From Endomicrobiales bacterium (GTDB lineage: Bacteria > Elusimicrobiota > Endomicrobiia > Endomicrobiales > JALOBY01): DNA of 62,404 nt. The notes under the pieces were generated by a model. It saw only the letters and a program-made list of their open reading frames with translations, searched no databases and was not told the DNA's origin. Within the stretch, counting starts at the first letter, position 1; each line of letters starts with the position of its first letter. The position numbers and the translations under genes are program-made. The stretch covers positions 1 to 62,404 of the forward strand of contig CAWCNJ010000010.1 of the NCBI GenBank assembly GCA_963796955.1. Direction: 5' to 3'. Of this stretch, positions 40,785 through 51,640 are shown piece after piece.

Positions 40785-41489
40785 ATGAAGAAGATATTTT
40801 GGTTGCCGTTGTTAGCCGCAGTGTTGCAGATGGGAACGCTCGCGTACGCCACACCGTCAACCCAGATATGGAACCCCTCAACGGACATTCAGGGGCTTAA
40901 AACGTGGCATCTGGGAATAGACAATTATTTCTCGGTGTCGGACAATGACGCCAAGGTTGTGAACGTACCGACAGACACCAATCTGACCTATGGTGTATGC
41001 AAGAATGTTGAGGTCGGTTTTGACTATTTCGGCGCTTCGTATTACCCGGTACAGTTTAATGGAAAATACGGACTGCCGGAAGGTGATGCGATGCCGGCAG
41101 TTGCGGTCGGTGTTCAGAATGCCGGAACAAAATCGGATGTCAATAACTACGATATTTTCTATGCGGTTATCGCCAAGAACTTTAAACCGATAGGCAGAAT
41201 ATCAGTCGGGTATTACGACGGCAACGATAAGCTGTTGATCGACGAGAATGCAAAGGCCGCCAACACTGGAGTGATCGTTAGCTGGGACAAGCAGCTCAAC
41301 GATAAGTGGTGGGCGTCTATAGACTGTGCATCCGGACAGAGCTGGTACGGTGAAACATCTGCCGGTTTCTCATACGCGTTTGCCCCCAACACCAGCGTTA
41401 TATTCGGTTATGTCATACCGAACAATCCCTACGCCATCGGCGGCTATGTGAATCACATGGTCACTACGCAGCTTGATATTAATTTCTAA
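40785..41489 (+). CDS. Putative outer-membrane beta-barrel (porin-like), copy 2
   Basis: Close paralog of 35347-36054 (shared TPSTQIWNPSTDIQGLKTWHLGIDNYFSVSDND); SD GGAGG. Confidence 0.7.
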   Translation: MKKIFWLPLLAAVLQMGTLAYATPSTQIWNPSTDIQGLKTWHLGIDNYFSVSDNDAKVVNVPTDTNLTYGVCKNVEVGFDYFGASYYPVQFNGKYGLPEGDAMPAVAVGVQNAGTKSDVNNYDIFYAVIAKNFKPIGRISVGYYDGNDKLLIDENAKAANTGVIVSWDKQLNDKWWASIDCASGQSWYGETSAGFSYAFAPNTSVIFGYVIPNNPYAIGGYVNHMVTTQLDINF

Positions 41490-41499
41490 GGAGAGTGTT

Positions 41500-43371
41500 A
41501 TGACTGAAAACACGATGAGTTCGCCGCAAATTAAACCGACACTGGGCCTTCTGGGCGCCTCTATGAACGCGATGGCCCTGATAGCCCCGGGAGCCTTTCT
41601 CTGGATCACATACCAGCTGCAGGCTGCTGCTGCCGCGCCGAATGGGATCTCGGTGGCAAGCGATATCTGGGCGGGCATATTCGTAGCCTTGATAATTGCT
41701 TTCTTGACCGCTTTCTCTTACGCGGAGCTTGCCAAGATATACCCCGAAGCCGGTTTTGCCAGCGTTACTTACTTCGCCGAGAAATCATTTCTCGAAGGAA
41801 AAACAGGCAAAGATAAAAAGGCAGGTCCCACGTCTGTAGCCCGCTTTGCAAAACTGGTTACGGGCTGGGCCGCGCACTTGTTCTACTGGGTATACCCCGG
41901 CGTTATGGTCGCCATGATGGCAAGCCTGATCGGTTACATATATACGCAATTTACCGGCCACACGCTTTCCGTGCCGATGCTGGTCGTGATCGGAACCGTA
42001 TTCGCTTTTGTTACCGGCTATGTTGCCTATCGTGGTGTCAGTGGATCCACCATGACCAATATATGGATCAATATTATCCAATGGGTTTCGCTGATAGTTT
42101 TCAGCGGCCTGGCGATATGGTATCGCGTTGCCAACCCGCAACACGCTGCGGCATGGGCGTTCAGCGGAGGCTGGGATATTATCAAGCCGCATTCATTGAA
42201 TGGCGTTTTGATACAATCGACGCTTGCCATATTAATATTGGTAGGTTTCGAAAGCTCTACGGCTCTTGCCGCCGAGACCAAAGATCCTAAGACCACTATT
42301 CCCAAAGCCATTATACTTGCCCTTTTCGTACAGGGTCTCCTGGCGTATCTTCTGGAATATTTCGCGGCCGGTTCAATGATCAGTGAAAAACTGATCTCAG
42401 GCACCGTTAACGGTATGGCGGCTGCCGGAGCCTCTGGCGCCCCTATAGGCGATCTCTCGAAGCTTATCGGAGACAATCTGTTAGGCGGAATTGGTTTTGG
42501 CCTTATGATAACCATGGCCCTGACGGTCGCGATAGCGATAATCGGCACTACGTTAAGCTGCATGAATACCGCTGTTCGCGTAACCTGCGGTATGGCTGAA
42601 GACCGGGAGCTTCCCGATTTTTTCAGCTTCATGCACGGTACGTTCAGTACTCCCCATACGGCGCTTTGGATACTGGTGATAGTTTCCAGCATCATAGCTG
42701 CCGTCGGTGTGCAGTCGGTGGTCGGCCTTACCGGTATTACGCTGGCCTCTAACTTCGGCACATTTGTTCTCTACGGCCTTACCTGTGTCTGGACGATAGT
42801 GGCTTTCAAAGGGAAGAAAGAATTCAACTTCTTTAAACACGGATTGATACCTTTCCTTGGTGTTGTTACCAATGTCATAATGCTCATAGCGATCATCTAC
42901 CTGTACGCGATCGGAAACGCCGATTCGCAGATGGAAGCAAAGATCTGCTTCTACATCGCTGGAGCGTGGGCGCTGGTAAGTATCGGATACGTGATCATAA
43001 CGTCAGTAGGAAAAACTTACGGCATGAAGATGATAACCGCTATGATCCGGCCCGAAAAACTGAATGTGCTGGTTGAAGTGCTTAAAGACGAAGCGCTGAT
43101 CCTTGGCATGACGGTTACGAAAGTTAAAGGTATAGGCCGCCAGAAGGGGCAGATCCCTGTGGAAGGCGCCGAACCGATCAACGATAAGATATCGTTCATC
43201 CCAAAAGTACGGGTAGAGATGGTTGTTAACGACTGGGACGTGCCAAGCGTGATGGAAATTATGCGAGAGGTTCTCTATACCGGCGAGGTAGGCGATGGAA
43301 AGATATTCGTGCTTGATGCCAAAGAAGCCATGAGGATCCGCACCGGCGAGAAAGGCGTGTTCGCGGTTTAA
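41500..43371 (+). CDS. APC-family amino acid/amine permease fused to a C-terminal PII domain
   Basis: About 12 TM helices, SYAELAKIYPEAG, GFESSTALAAETKDP; last ~115 aa MKMITAMIRPEK..GRQKG..TGEVGDGKIFV..RIRTGE, in frame. Confidence 0.9.
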   Translation: MTENTMSSPQIKPTLGLLGASMNAMALIAPGAFLWITYQLQAAAAAPNGISVASDIWAGIFVALIIAFLTAFSYAELAKIYPEAGFASVTYFAEKSFLEGKTGKDKKAGPTSVARFAKLVTGWAAHLFYWVYPGVMVAMMASLIGYIYTQFTGHTLSVPMLVVIGTVFAFVTGYVAYRGVSGSTMTNIWINIIQWVSLIVFSGLAIWYRVANPQHAAAWAFSGGWDIIKPHSLNGVLIQSTLAILILVGFESSTALAAETKDPKTTIPKAIILALFVQGLLAYLLEYFAAGSMISEKLISGTVNGMAAAGASGAPIGDLSKLIGDNLLGGIGFGLMITMALTVAIAIIGTTLSCMNTAVRVTCGMAEDRELPDFFSFMHGTFSTPHTALWILVIVSSIIAAVGVQSVVGLTGITLASNFGTFVLYGLTCVWTIVAFKGKKEFNFFKHGLIPFLGVVTNVIMLIAIIYLYAIGNADSQMEAKICFYIAGAWALVSIGYVIITSVGKTYGMKMITAMIRPEKLNVLVEVLKDEALILGMTVTKVKGIGRQKGQIPVEGAEPINDKISFIPKVRVEMVVNDWDVPSVMEIMREVLYTGEVGDGKIFVLDAKEAMRIRTGEKGVFAV

Positions 43372-43387
43372 AATAAGGAGAATTACA

Positions 43388-43726
43388 ATGAAAAAGATCG
43401 AAGCGATAATCAAGCCGGGCAAGTTGGGCGACGTAACTACCGCACTGGCGACCATCGGTCACCCGGGGATCATGGTTACCGAGATAGAGGGCCACGGACG
43501 TCAAAGTGGTGTCGAAACTCAGGCACGTGGTAAAACGTACAAAATTGAATTGCTGGGTAAAGTAAAAGTAGAAGTTATAGTGGCCGATAAAGATGTTGAG
43601 AAGACCATTAAGGCCATCTCGGAAGCTGCCAATACAGGCAAGGTGGGAGACGGCAAAATATTCATCTACCCGGTTGAAGACGCGGTGCGTATCCGTACCT
43701 CAGAACGCGGCGAAGCAGCGGTATAG
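43388..43726 (+). CDS. PII nitrogen regulator (GlnB/GlnK family)
   Basis: MKKIEAIIKP, GHGRQSG, TGKVGDGKIF, RIRT; Tyr51 equivalent retained. Confidence 0.93.
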   Translation: MKKIEAIIKPGKLGDVTTALATIGHPGIMVTEIEGHGRQSGVETQARGKTYKIELLGKVKVEVIVADKDVEKTIKAISEAANTGKVGDGKIFIYPVEDAVRIRTSERGEAAV

Positions 43727-43820
43727 TTTAAAAACAGGGATCGAGAGCCAGAGGATTGACGGGACGCTGTTTCACCAGTCAATTCTCGGCTTTCGAATTT
43801 TCGGTCAATGGAGCGATAAC

Positions 43821-45799
43821 GTGGATCAAGAGTTTGTTCAGGACGTATCATATTGGGACAGGGCCAAAAGACTGGTGCTCGGCAAAGCCCATGATCCGCA
43901 CGATTCGCGGTTGTTCCACAATCTTTCACTGATAGCCTTTTTTGCCTGGGTAGGCCTGGGTGCCGACGGTTTGTCATCTTCATGCTACGGTCCCCAGGAA
44001 GCGTTCCTTGCCCTGGGCAGCCACATCTATTTAAGCCTATTTGTCGCGCTTGCCAGCGCTTTTACGATCTTTATTATCAGCGCAAGTTACTCGCAGACCA
44101 TTGAGCTTTTTCCAGCGGTGGCGGCGGCTATCTGGTCGCCAGCAAATTGCTTTCCCTGGAGTTGGGCATGGTTTCCGGTTGCGCGCTGTTAATTGATTAC
44201 GTCCTTACTATCACCGTTTCCATCGCCAGCGGCGCGGACGCCGTTTTCAGCTTTCTTCCTGCGCATTTGCTTCCTTATAAACTTTCATTTTCAGCCGGTT
44301 TGTTGTTGTTCATGATCGTGCTGAATTTACGCGGCGTAAAGGAATCGGTCATGCCGCTGGTGCCGATATTTTTAACCTTCGTCGTAACTCATATTTTCAT
44401 TATCGGCTACGCGGTATTCGCCAACATGGGGCATGTGGCGGCTTTGATTCACGCGACGAAGCTGGATATTTCGCAGACCCATTCGGAGATAGGCCTGGTG
44501 GGAATGTTCCTGATACTCCTGAGAGCTTACAGCATGGGCGCCGGAACTTTTACGGGAATAGAGGCTGTCAGCAACGGCATACCTATTTTACGGGATCCAA
44601 AGGTGAAGACCGCGAAACATACCATGCGGTATATGGCTGTATCGCTGGCGGTAACAGTCGTCGGCCTTATGGTAGCCTACCTTATCTATCATGTTCACTA
44701 TGACCCGGCTAAAACGCTTAATGCCGTGCTTTTTGAGAACATTGCTTCAGGCTGGGGGAACTCAGGGTATATATTCGTTCTGGTGACATTGCTATCAGAG
44801 GCTGTGTTGTTGCTCGTAGCTGCGCAGGCGGGGTTCCTTGACGGCCCCAGGGTGCTCGCCAATATGGCGCTGGACCGGTGGTTCCCTTCGCGGTTCGCGA
44901 TGCTGAGTGACCGGTTCGTCAATAAGAACGGTATCCTGATTATGGGCTTAACGGCCCTGCTGATGCTGTATGTAACGCGCGGTTCGGTGCAATTGCTGGT
45001 GATATTGTACAGCATTAACGTTTTCATTACCTTCACTCTTTCTCAGGCCGGTATGGTGCGCCACTGGTGGGGCGAGCGTAACAAGGCCGCCGAGTGGAAG
45101 AAAAAAATATCAGTTAACGGTATCGGCATGTTGTTAACCTCATTCATTCTGATCTCGATGATAGTGATAAAATTTAATGAAGGCGGTTGGGTTACGCTCT
45201 TGATGACCGGCGCCCTGGTGGGGCTGGCCGTCTACATAAAACGACATTATTATAGAACCGCAAAAATGTTGCGTCGGCTGAACGACCTGGTCGTTGCCGT
45301 TGGCATTGTGCCTGAAACGGTACCGCCACTCTACGATGCTTCATCCAAGACCGCGGTGATCTTTGTAAATGGTTTTAACGGCCTTGGGTTGCACACGTTG
45401 TTCGGAATAATTCGCCTCTTCGAAGGGAATTTCAAAAACTTTGTATTTGTACAGATAGGCGTTATAGACGCGGGCAATTTCAAGGGCGCAGAGCAAATCA
45501 AAGAGCTTGAAGACCATTGCCACACCGATGTATGCAAATATGCAGGCTATATGCACAGCCAGGGATATTTCGCGGAAGGGATCCGTGTGATAGGCACGGA
45601 TGTAATGGATGAAGTAGAAAATATGATACCCGGTATCAATAAAAAATATCCAAACGCCGTCTTTTTCGGCGGACAGCTGGTTTTTCCAAGAGAAACCATC
45701 ATATCGCGCTGGCTGCACAACTACACCGTTTTTGTTATGCAGCGGTTATTCTATACAAAAGGCATCCCGTTCGTTCTTCTGCCGATAAGGGTTAGCTGA
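43821..45799 (+). pseudogene. YdaO/KimA-like APC permease with one frameshift near 44113 (real or sequencing error)
   Basis: GTG start with SD GGAG; GADGLSSSCYGPQE, then IELFP continues as SGGGGYLVASKLL in a shifted frame; FTGIEAVSNG, LYSINVFITFTLSQ. Confidence 0.75.
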
Positions 45800-45828
45800 T
45801 GGGATAGTGGTATTTTTAAGAGGCCCCA

Positions 45829-47388
45829 ATGCCACAAAAAACTCAGGGTAGTACACGTGTGCATGAAGTAGGCGAGCTATCTTTATTGTTCGATATCAGC
45901 CAGGCGTTGAACCTGAGCGTGAACATAAAAGATGTCGTCGGTCCTGTCTTGAAAGTAATGGCCGAGCATCTGGGCCTGTTGCGCGGCACGCTGACGATCC
46001 TTAACCGAAAGAACGGCGAAATATCTATAGAAGATTCCTACGGCTTGTCGGACGAAGAACGGGCTCGCGGCCGCTACAAGCTGGGAGAGGGGATAACCGG
46101 CAAGGTGGTGTTGAGCGGCAAACCTGCCATAATACCCAGGATCTCCGAAGAACCTTCCTTTCTTGACCGCACCGGAGCGCGTAAATGTATAGACAAGAAA
46201 GATATATCCTTTGTCTGTGTACCTATCAAGATAGGAAAAGAAGTAATTGGCGCCCTGAGCGCTGATATGCTTTATGAAGCGAAAAAATCTTTCGACGAGC
46301 ATGTAAGACTGTTAACGATAGTTTCCTCAATGATAGCGCGGGCTGTACGGTTGCGCCAGCTGTCGCAGGAAGAGATGGAAAAACTGCAGGATGAGAACAC
46401 CCGCCTCCACGAAGAGCTTAAGGACCGCTTCAGACCTTCCAACATAATCGGCAGTTCTAAAAATATACGACAGGTCTATGAGCTGATAGATAAAGTCTCA
46501 AAAAGCGACGCCACGGTATTGATACTTGGGGAAAGCGGCGTGGGAAAAGAGCTGGTTGCCCACGCAATTCATTACAATAGCCAGCGGGCGGATAAGCCCT
46601 TCATTCAATTCAACGGTGCGGCCTTGCCGGGTGATATAATCGAAAGCGAACTTTTTGGACACGAAAAGGGCGCTTTTACGGGTGCCACTGCCCAGAGAAA
46701 AGGCCGTTTTGAATCGGCTGATGGCGGCACGATATTTATAGATGAAGTCGGCGATATGCCCGTTAACATTCAGGTTAAGCTGTTGCGCGTGTTGCAGGAA
46801 AAAAGCTTTGAGCGTGTTGGCGGCAACAAGCTAATAAAAGTAGACGTGAGGATACTGACGGCCACAAACCAGAAACTTGACGAACTGGTAGAGCGGGGAA
46901 AATTCCGTCTGGACCTGTATTACCGGCTGAATGTTTTTCCGATACTGGTGCCGCCGCTGCGCGAACGTAAGACCGATATCCCGCTGCTTTCCGACCATTT
47001 TGTTGCCAAATACGCGAAAAGTAACAACAAAGAAATAAAACGCATTTCGACATCCGCTATAGACATGCTGATGACCTACCACTGGCCGGGCAACGTGCGC
47101 GAGTTGGAAAACTGTATTGAACGCGCGATAATCCTGTGCAGCGACGGTGTAATACACGGCTATAACCTGCCGCCCACGTTGCAAACCACCGGCAAGGCGG
47201 ATTTACAGAATATTACCCTTTCCGGCACCCTCGAAAGCCTGGAAAAGGAAATGATCTGTGATGCCCTGAAAACCTCCAAAGGCAACATGGCCCAGGCCGC
47301 CCGCGAACTCGGTCTTACAGAGCGCATGATGGGCATACGGGCAAAAAAATACAATATTGATTTCCACCGGTTCAGGGAACAACCGTGA
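45829..47388 (+). CDS. nifA: NifA-like sigma54 activator, copy 2
   Basis: Close paralog of 37854-39422; GAFTGA intact; near-identical HTH. Confidence 0.85.
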   Translation: MPQKTQGSTRVHEVGELSLLFDISQALNLSVNIKDVVGPVLKVMAEHLGLLRGTLTILNRKNGEISIEDSYGLSDEERARGRYKLGEGITGKVVLSGKPAIIPRISEEPSFLDRTGARKCIDKKDISFVCVPIKIGKEVIGALSADMLYEAKKSFDEHVRLLTIVSSMIARAVRLRQLSQEEMEKLQDENTRLHEELKDRFRPSNIIGSSKNIRQVYELIDKVSKSDATVLILGESGVGKELVAHAIHYNSQRADKPFIQFNGAALPGDIIESELFGHEKGAFTGATAQRKGRFESADGGTIFIDEVGDMPVNIQVKLLRVLQEKSFERVGGNKLIKVDVRILTATNQKLDELVERGKFRLDLYYRLNVFPILVPPLRERKTDIPLLSDHFVAKYAKSNNKEIKRISTSAIDMLMTYHWPGNVRELENCIERAIILCSDGVIHGYNLPPTLQTTGKADLQNITLSGTLESLEKEMICDALKTSKGNMAQAARELGLTERMMGIRAKKYNIDFHRFREQP

Positions 47389-47445
47389 AAAATACATATT
47401 GGCAAGAATTTGATAATCGCATATATAATAGATACAATGCCAATC

Positions 47446-48120
47446 ATGGCATTCAGTGAACCATTAATTCCTAAGCACGGCGGATACCGGAAACTTAAAA
47501 GTTTTCAGATGGCGCAATTGGTTTATGATGTCACGGTTCGTTTTTGCGATAAATACATAGAAAAGTATAGCCGTACGCGCGACCAGATGGTGCAAGCGGC
47601 GCGTAGTGGGGTACAGAATATCGCTGAGGGTAGCCAGGCTTCGGGAACCTCAAAAAAAACTGAATTAAAACTTACCAATGTGGCCCGGGCAAGCCTTGAA
47701 GAACTTACATTGGATTATGAAGACTTTTTGCGCCAGCGCGGACTTGCGCGCTGGGCATGGAATGATAAGCGATATAAACTGCTTATTAACCGTAGATGTA
47801 CTACTGCGGATGAAGTTGCGTTTTGGATAAAAGAACAGCATGATAATGGACGGAATGGACGTCATGGACAAAGTGAGTCTTCTGGACTGAATGGACAAGC
47901 GTCCAGGGTTGGGTCCATTTCGTCTATTCAGTCCATACCGTCCATTGGTTATCCTGAGCTTGCAGCAAACGCAGCGCTTGTGTTGTTGACGGTGGCTTGC
48001 AGTTTGTTAGACAGACAAATAGCATCACAGGCAGAATGTTTTCAAAGCGAAGGCGGTTTTACTGAACGGTTATACCGCCTTCGTTCCGAAAAACGAAGTG
48101 ACCTTCCACGCCGCAAATAG
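47446..48120 (+). CDS. Four-helix-bundle protein with suffix domain
   Basis: HGGYRKLKSFQ, DQMVQAARSGVQNIAEGS, VARASLEEL, EGGFTERLY; start could be 47437. Confidence 0.85.
   Translation: MAFSEPLIPKHGGYRKLKSFQMAQLVYDVTVRFCDKYIEKYSRTRDQMVQAARSGVQNIAEGSQASGTSKKTELKLTNVARASLEELTLDYEDFLRQRGLARWAWNDKRYKLLINRRCTTADEVAFWIKEQHDNGRNGRHGQSESSGLNGQASRVGSISSIQSIPSIGYPELAANAALVLLTVACSLLDRQIASQAECFQSEGGFTERLYRLRSEKRSDLPRRK
47845..47946. repeat. Intragenic 9-nt-period inverted repeat array
   Basis: ATGGAC-type units at 47846, 47855, 47864, 47882, 47891; GTCCAT-type units at 47901, 47913, 47922, 47931, 47940. Confidence 0.8.
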
Positions 48121-48136
48121 CCACATTACGATTTTC

Positions 48137-48181
48137 CTACAAAACCGAAACAAACCACTAACCCAAACAACAAAAATGTAA
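48137..48181. promoter_or_regulatory. Paired degenerate activator sites (UAS) 2
   Basis: CTACAAAACCGAAA and CAACAAAAATGTAA, 31 nt apart. Confidence 0.5.
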
Positions 48182-48257
48182 CAAATCCTGCTTTTGATGC
48201 GGGTCTCTTCTCTCATTTGCTGAGAAACCAGCAGGTAAACCCCCAAATACTCACTAT

Positions 48258-48286
48258 TAGCACCCAAATTGCAGGAACTGAGGGTG
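48258..48286 (+). promoter_or_regulatory. Non-canonical -24/-12 promoter 2
   Basis: TAGCAC-ccaaa-TTGCAGGA-actg-AGGGTG. Confidence 0.7.
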
Positions 48287-48312
48287 GCAGTACTCTTTTT
48301 CAGGAGGCAGGT

Positions 48313-49389
48313 ATGCGATCTGATACGATGTTGAGAAGGCTTGTTTTTGCCGTGCTGATGGGAGTTTCAGCACGCCCGGCATGGGCGGTAACGGATGTGG
48401 ATAGTTTGGTAGACTTGTTGTCGCAAAAGGGTACTATTTCTAAGGAAGAAGCTGCAAGTCTGCGCACCAGGGATGTGGGCTTGTTCTACGGAAAAAGCAT
48501 TTCGGTGACCGGGTATAATCAGGTGTTGTTTAAACATGATGACACAATGGGAACGTTCGATGGTTTTTCGATACGCCGGGCGCGTTTGGAAGTAAAGGGC
48601 GACCTTTCTGAACAGATGTTTTATGATTTCCAGGCTGACTTTGCGGGTGCATCGGCAAGACTGTTGGATTCCAGTATCGGTTATAGGTTTGACCCGTGCC
48701 TCAAGTTTACGCTTGGGCAGTTCAAGTTGCCGTTCAGCCAGGAAAACTTATCTTCTGATGTTAACCCAGATACCATAAACCGTTCTCAGGTGGTGGAAGC
48801 CCTTGTCGCCAGGACGAAGGATGTTATCGGCAACCAGAACGGTCGCGATACCGGTTTTCAGGCGTCCGGCCAATATAGCATTGTTGAATACGCCGCCGGA
48901 GTATTCAACGGGGCCGGCATTGATACTGCCGATACTAACGAGCAGAAAGATTATGTTGAAAGGCTGGTGGTTCATCCCATTAAAGAGCTGTCAGTGGGCG
49001 GATCGTTCTACCAGGGAAGTTATTTTGCTTCGGCCGCTAACACTGCGGCAGACCGCAAACGAGCAGGTGTGGAATTTGATTATGAAATAGGCCCATTATC
49101 AGTTAAAGGAGAATATCTCAACGGCAGGGACGCTTTGATATCAAAACAAGGGTGGTATGGTTATGCCGGGTACTTTTTTCTTCCAAAGGTATTGCAGGCC
49201 GTCGTTAAATACGATACCTTCGACCCCAATATGAGCGCTTCCAACGATGATACCAGCGTCTGCACCTACGGTGTTAACTGGCATCTGGTTAAGTGGGCGC
49301 TGGTGCAGGTTAACTACGAACAAAAGAGGGAAAAGCCAACTGAAATACAGAACGATGTCTTGTCCGGCCAGTTCATGTTTGCATTTTAA
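48313..49389 (+). CDS. OprO/OprP-like anion-selective porin
   Basis: Signal peptide, FSIRRARL, GQFKLPFSQE, GRDTG, C-terminal Phe; directly upstream of modA. Confidence 0.75.
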   Translation: MRSDTMLRRLVFAVLMGVSARPAWAVTDVDSLVDLLSQKGTISKEEAASLRTRDVGLFYGKSISVTGYNQVLFKHDDTMGTFDGFSIRRARLEVKGDLSEQMFYDFQADFAGASARLLDSSIGYRFDPCLKFTLGQFKLPFSQENLSSDVNPDTINRSQVVEALVARTKDVIGNQNGRDTGFQASGQYSIVEYAAGVFNGAGIDTADTNEQKDYVERLVVHPIKELSVGGSFYQGSYFASAANTAADRKRAGVEFDYEIGPLSVKGEYLNGRDALISKQGWYGYAGYFFLPKVLQAVVKYDTFDPNMSASNDDTSVCTYGVNWHLVKWALVQVNYEQKREKPTEIQNDVLSGQFMFAF

Positions 49390-49401
49390 AGGAGAGAATT
49401 C

Positions 49402-50175
49402 ATGAAGAAATTATTGCGCAGCATCAGTGTGTCTTTGTTGTTGGCCGCTACAGTAGCCGGTTTGCTGCGGGCGGCAGAGCCTGAAACATTAAAAATAGCG
49501 GCAGCCGCGAATTTAAGCGGTGTTATGGCCGGGCTCAAGGATTCTTTCATCGCTTCTCACCCGGATGTTAAGATAGATGTTATTATGGGTTCAAGCGGCA
49601 AGATAGCGATGCAGGTAATAAGCGGCGCGCCATTCGATGTTTTCATGTCGGCGGATATGGAAACCCCGCAGAAGCTCAAAGAGCAGGGGTACGCCGTCAA
49701 TGACCCGGCGATCTATGCCTTTGGCACGCTCGTAATGTTTACCACAAAGGATATTGACCTAAAGCAAGGGGTGTCTGTGGTAACCTCGCCGGCGGTAGAA
49801 AAAATTTCCATCGCCGACCCGATCCTGGCGCCGTATGGAAAAGCGGCGGTTGAAGCCATGAAAAAACTTGGCGTGATCGATGCCGCAAAGAAAAAGTTCG
49901 TCACCGCGACCAATATTTCCGAGGTAATAACCCAAACGGTTAGTGGCGCTGACCTTGGCTTTACCGCGCTGTCTCTTATGTATGCCGACGGTATCAAACA
50001 ATACAATGTTGAGGGGAAGAACTGGGTAGCAGTTGACAGCACCCTCTATTCCCCGATCCGCCAGGCGATCATCGTCTTAAAGCACGGCAAGCACAAACCG
50101 GAAGCAAAAGCCTTCTATAATTTCATCCTTTCAAAACAGGCGGGGGAGATATTCAAGAAGTACGGGTACAAATAA
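49402..50175 (+). CDS. modA: Molybdate ABC transporter substrate-binding protein
   Basis: IAAAANL, GSSGK, GAPFDVFMSA, APYGKAA, YSPIRQ. Confidence 0.93.
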   Translation: MKKLLRSISVSLLLAATVAGLLRAAEPETLKIAAAANLSGVMAGLKDSFIASHPDVKIDVIMGSSGKIAMQVISGAPFDVFMSADMETPQKLKEQGYAVNDPAIYAFGTLVMFTTKDIDLKQGVSVVTSPAVEKISIADPILAPYGKAAVEAMKKLGVIDAAKKKFVTATNISEVITQTVSGADLGFTALSLMYADGIKQYNVEGKNWVAVDSTLYSPIRQAIIVLKHGKHKPEAKAFYNFILSKQAGEIFKKYGYK

Positions 50176-50184
50176 ACAAGTAAA

Positions 50185-50229
50185 CTACATTTAGGTACTA
50201 ATCCACACTTCAATACTACTGAAAAGTAG
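50185..50229. promoter_or_regulatory. Paired palindromic activator sites (UAS) 3
   Basis: CTACATTTAGGTAC and CTACTGAAAAGTAG, 31 nt apart. Confidence 0.65.
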
Positions 50230-50388
50230 CATAGATCCCCCGATAGCCGATCATCGCGCCGGACTGCTTCGTGTTCAGAGCCTCCGAACTCGCCCATACT
50301 AAAATGACGGGCTCAAACATGCGGAGATCTCTTCACCCGAACAGTCCGGCGTGCTGATCTCATGCTCAGTATAACGTTGCGCTCTACT

Positions 50389-51280
<892 letters not shown>

Positions 51281-51295
51281 CAAAGGAGTTTCAAA

Positions 51296-51628
51296 ATGGG
51301 AATGATACTGGTTCGCGCTATCGTCAGACCGGAGAAAGTTGACGGCGTTATGGCTGAGCTGATGGAAGCCGGCTTTCCGGCGGTAACAAAGATCTCTGTG
51401 TTCGGGCGTGGCAAACAGAGAGGGTTAAAAGTCGGGCAGGTACATTACGATGAGTTGCCGAAAGAATTATTGCTGCTGGTAGTAAAGGATACCGACAAAG
51501 ATTTTGTGATAAAGACGATAATGGAAAGCGCCCGCACGGAAAAGACCGGCGCCTTTGGCGACGGCAAGATATTCGTTTCAGCGGTCGATGAAGTCTACAC
51601 GATCAGCTCGGGCGTGAAAGAATCTTAG
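51296..51628 (+). CDS. nifI1: NifI1 PII-like nitrogenase regulator
   Basis: GRGKQRG, YDELPKE, GAFGDGKIFV; between nifH and nifD. Confidence 0.92.
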   Translation: MGMILVRAIVRPEKVDGVMAELMEAGFPAVTKISVFGRGKQRGLKVGQVHYDELPKELLLLVVKDTDKDFVIKTIMESARTEKTGAFGDGKIFVSAVDEVYTISSGVKES

Positions 51629-51640
51629 AAGGGGTCTTCA

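Noticed and set aside
43727..43820. c-di-AMP (ydaO) riboswitch before the KimA-like gene
   Set aside because: Only about 95 nt are available and I see none of the conserved elements
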